Assembly: GCF_001194135.2 (NCBI RefSeq)
Contig: NC_069000.1
Location: 31,283,827-31,347,826, forward strand
Direction of reading: 5' to 3'
Source: Octopus bimaculoides
Taxonomy: Eukaryota
Length of the DNA: 64,000 bases
This document shows, piece by piece, positions 63,887 to 64,000 of this stretch. The notes under the pieces are model-generated. The model had not been told where the DNA came from, made no database searches, and was given only the letters and a program-made list of their open reading frames with translations. Position 1 is the first letter of the stretch; every line of letters starts with the position of its first letter. A program made the position numbers and the translations under genes.

Positions 63887-64000
63887 TCAGGGTATGTGCG
63901 ACTGTCTGTCTGTATTATGCTTTAGATATCAAGAAAGCTCGAAGCAGAATAAATATATATATCAAATTTTATACACACACATACGCACACACTCGCACAC

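Noticed and set aside
63740-63890. Acidic poly-E/D coding exon on the minus strand
   Set aside because: The D/E tract is out of frame with the following DDGDDNEDDVF segment, and there is no convincing splice context.

Overview
AT-rich, microsatellite-dense eukaryotic DNA with 17 N-gaps (about 7 kb in total), most of them flanked by (TA)n, (CA)n, (GA)n or (AAT)n. The repeat families resemble those I associate with octopus genomes; that organism call is an inference and was not checked by search. I can support no intact host protein-coding gene, rRNA, true tRNA gene or CRISPR array. Most long ORFs in the track come from microsatellites or N-runs. The interpretable content is mobile DNA: (1) many decayed R4/Dong(Rex6)-clade non-LTR retrotransposons (RT with YMDD, CCHC knuckle, PD-(D/E)xK restriction-like endonuclease) ending in (AAT)n; (2) three tRNA-headed SINE families; (3) a ~540-bp non-coding, non-tRNA element ('element D', 5 copies) that always ends in (AAT)n and behaves like a non-autonomous partner of the R4/Dong LINEs; (4) a Penelope-like GIY-YIG fragment with a decayed hammerhead; (5) two mariner relics and a hAT-like MITE. 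Most worth follow-up: element D, an 8.5-kb co-oriented retroelement train at 39.8-48.3 kb, a three-knuckle chimeric LINE at 59.6-62.1 kb, an 83-nt pre-miRNA/MITE-like hairpin at 31.5 kb, and a cryptic ~38-bp minisatellite at 51.1-52.5 kb. Boundaries of degenerate relics are approximate.
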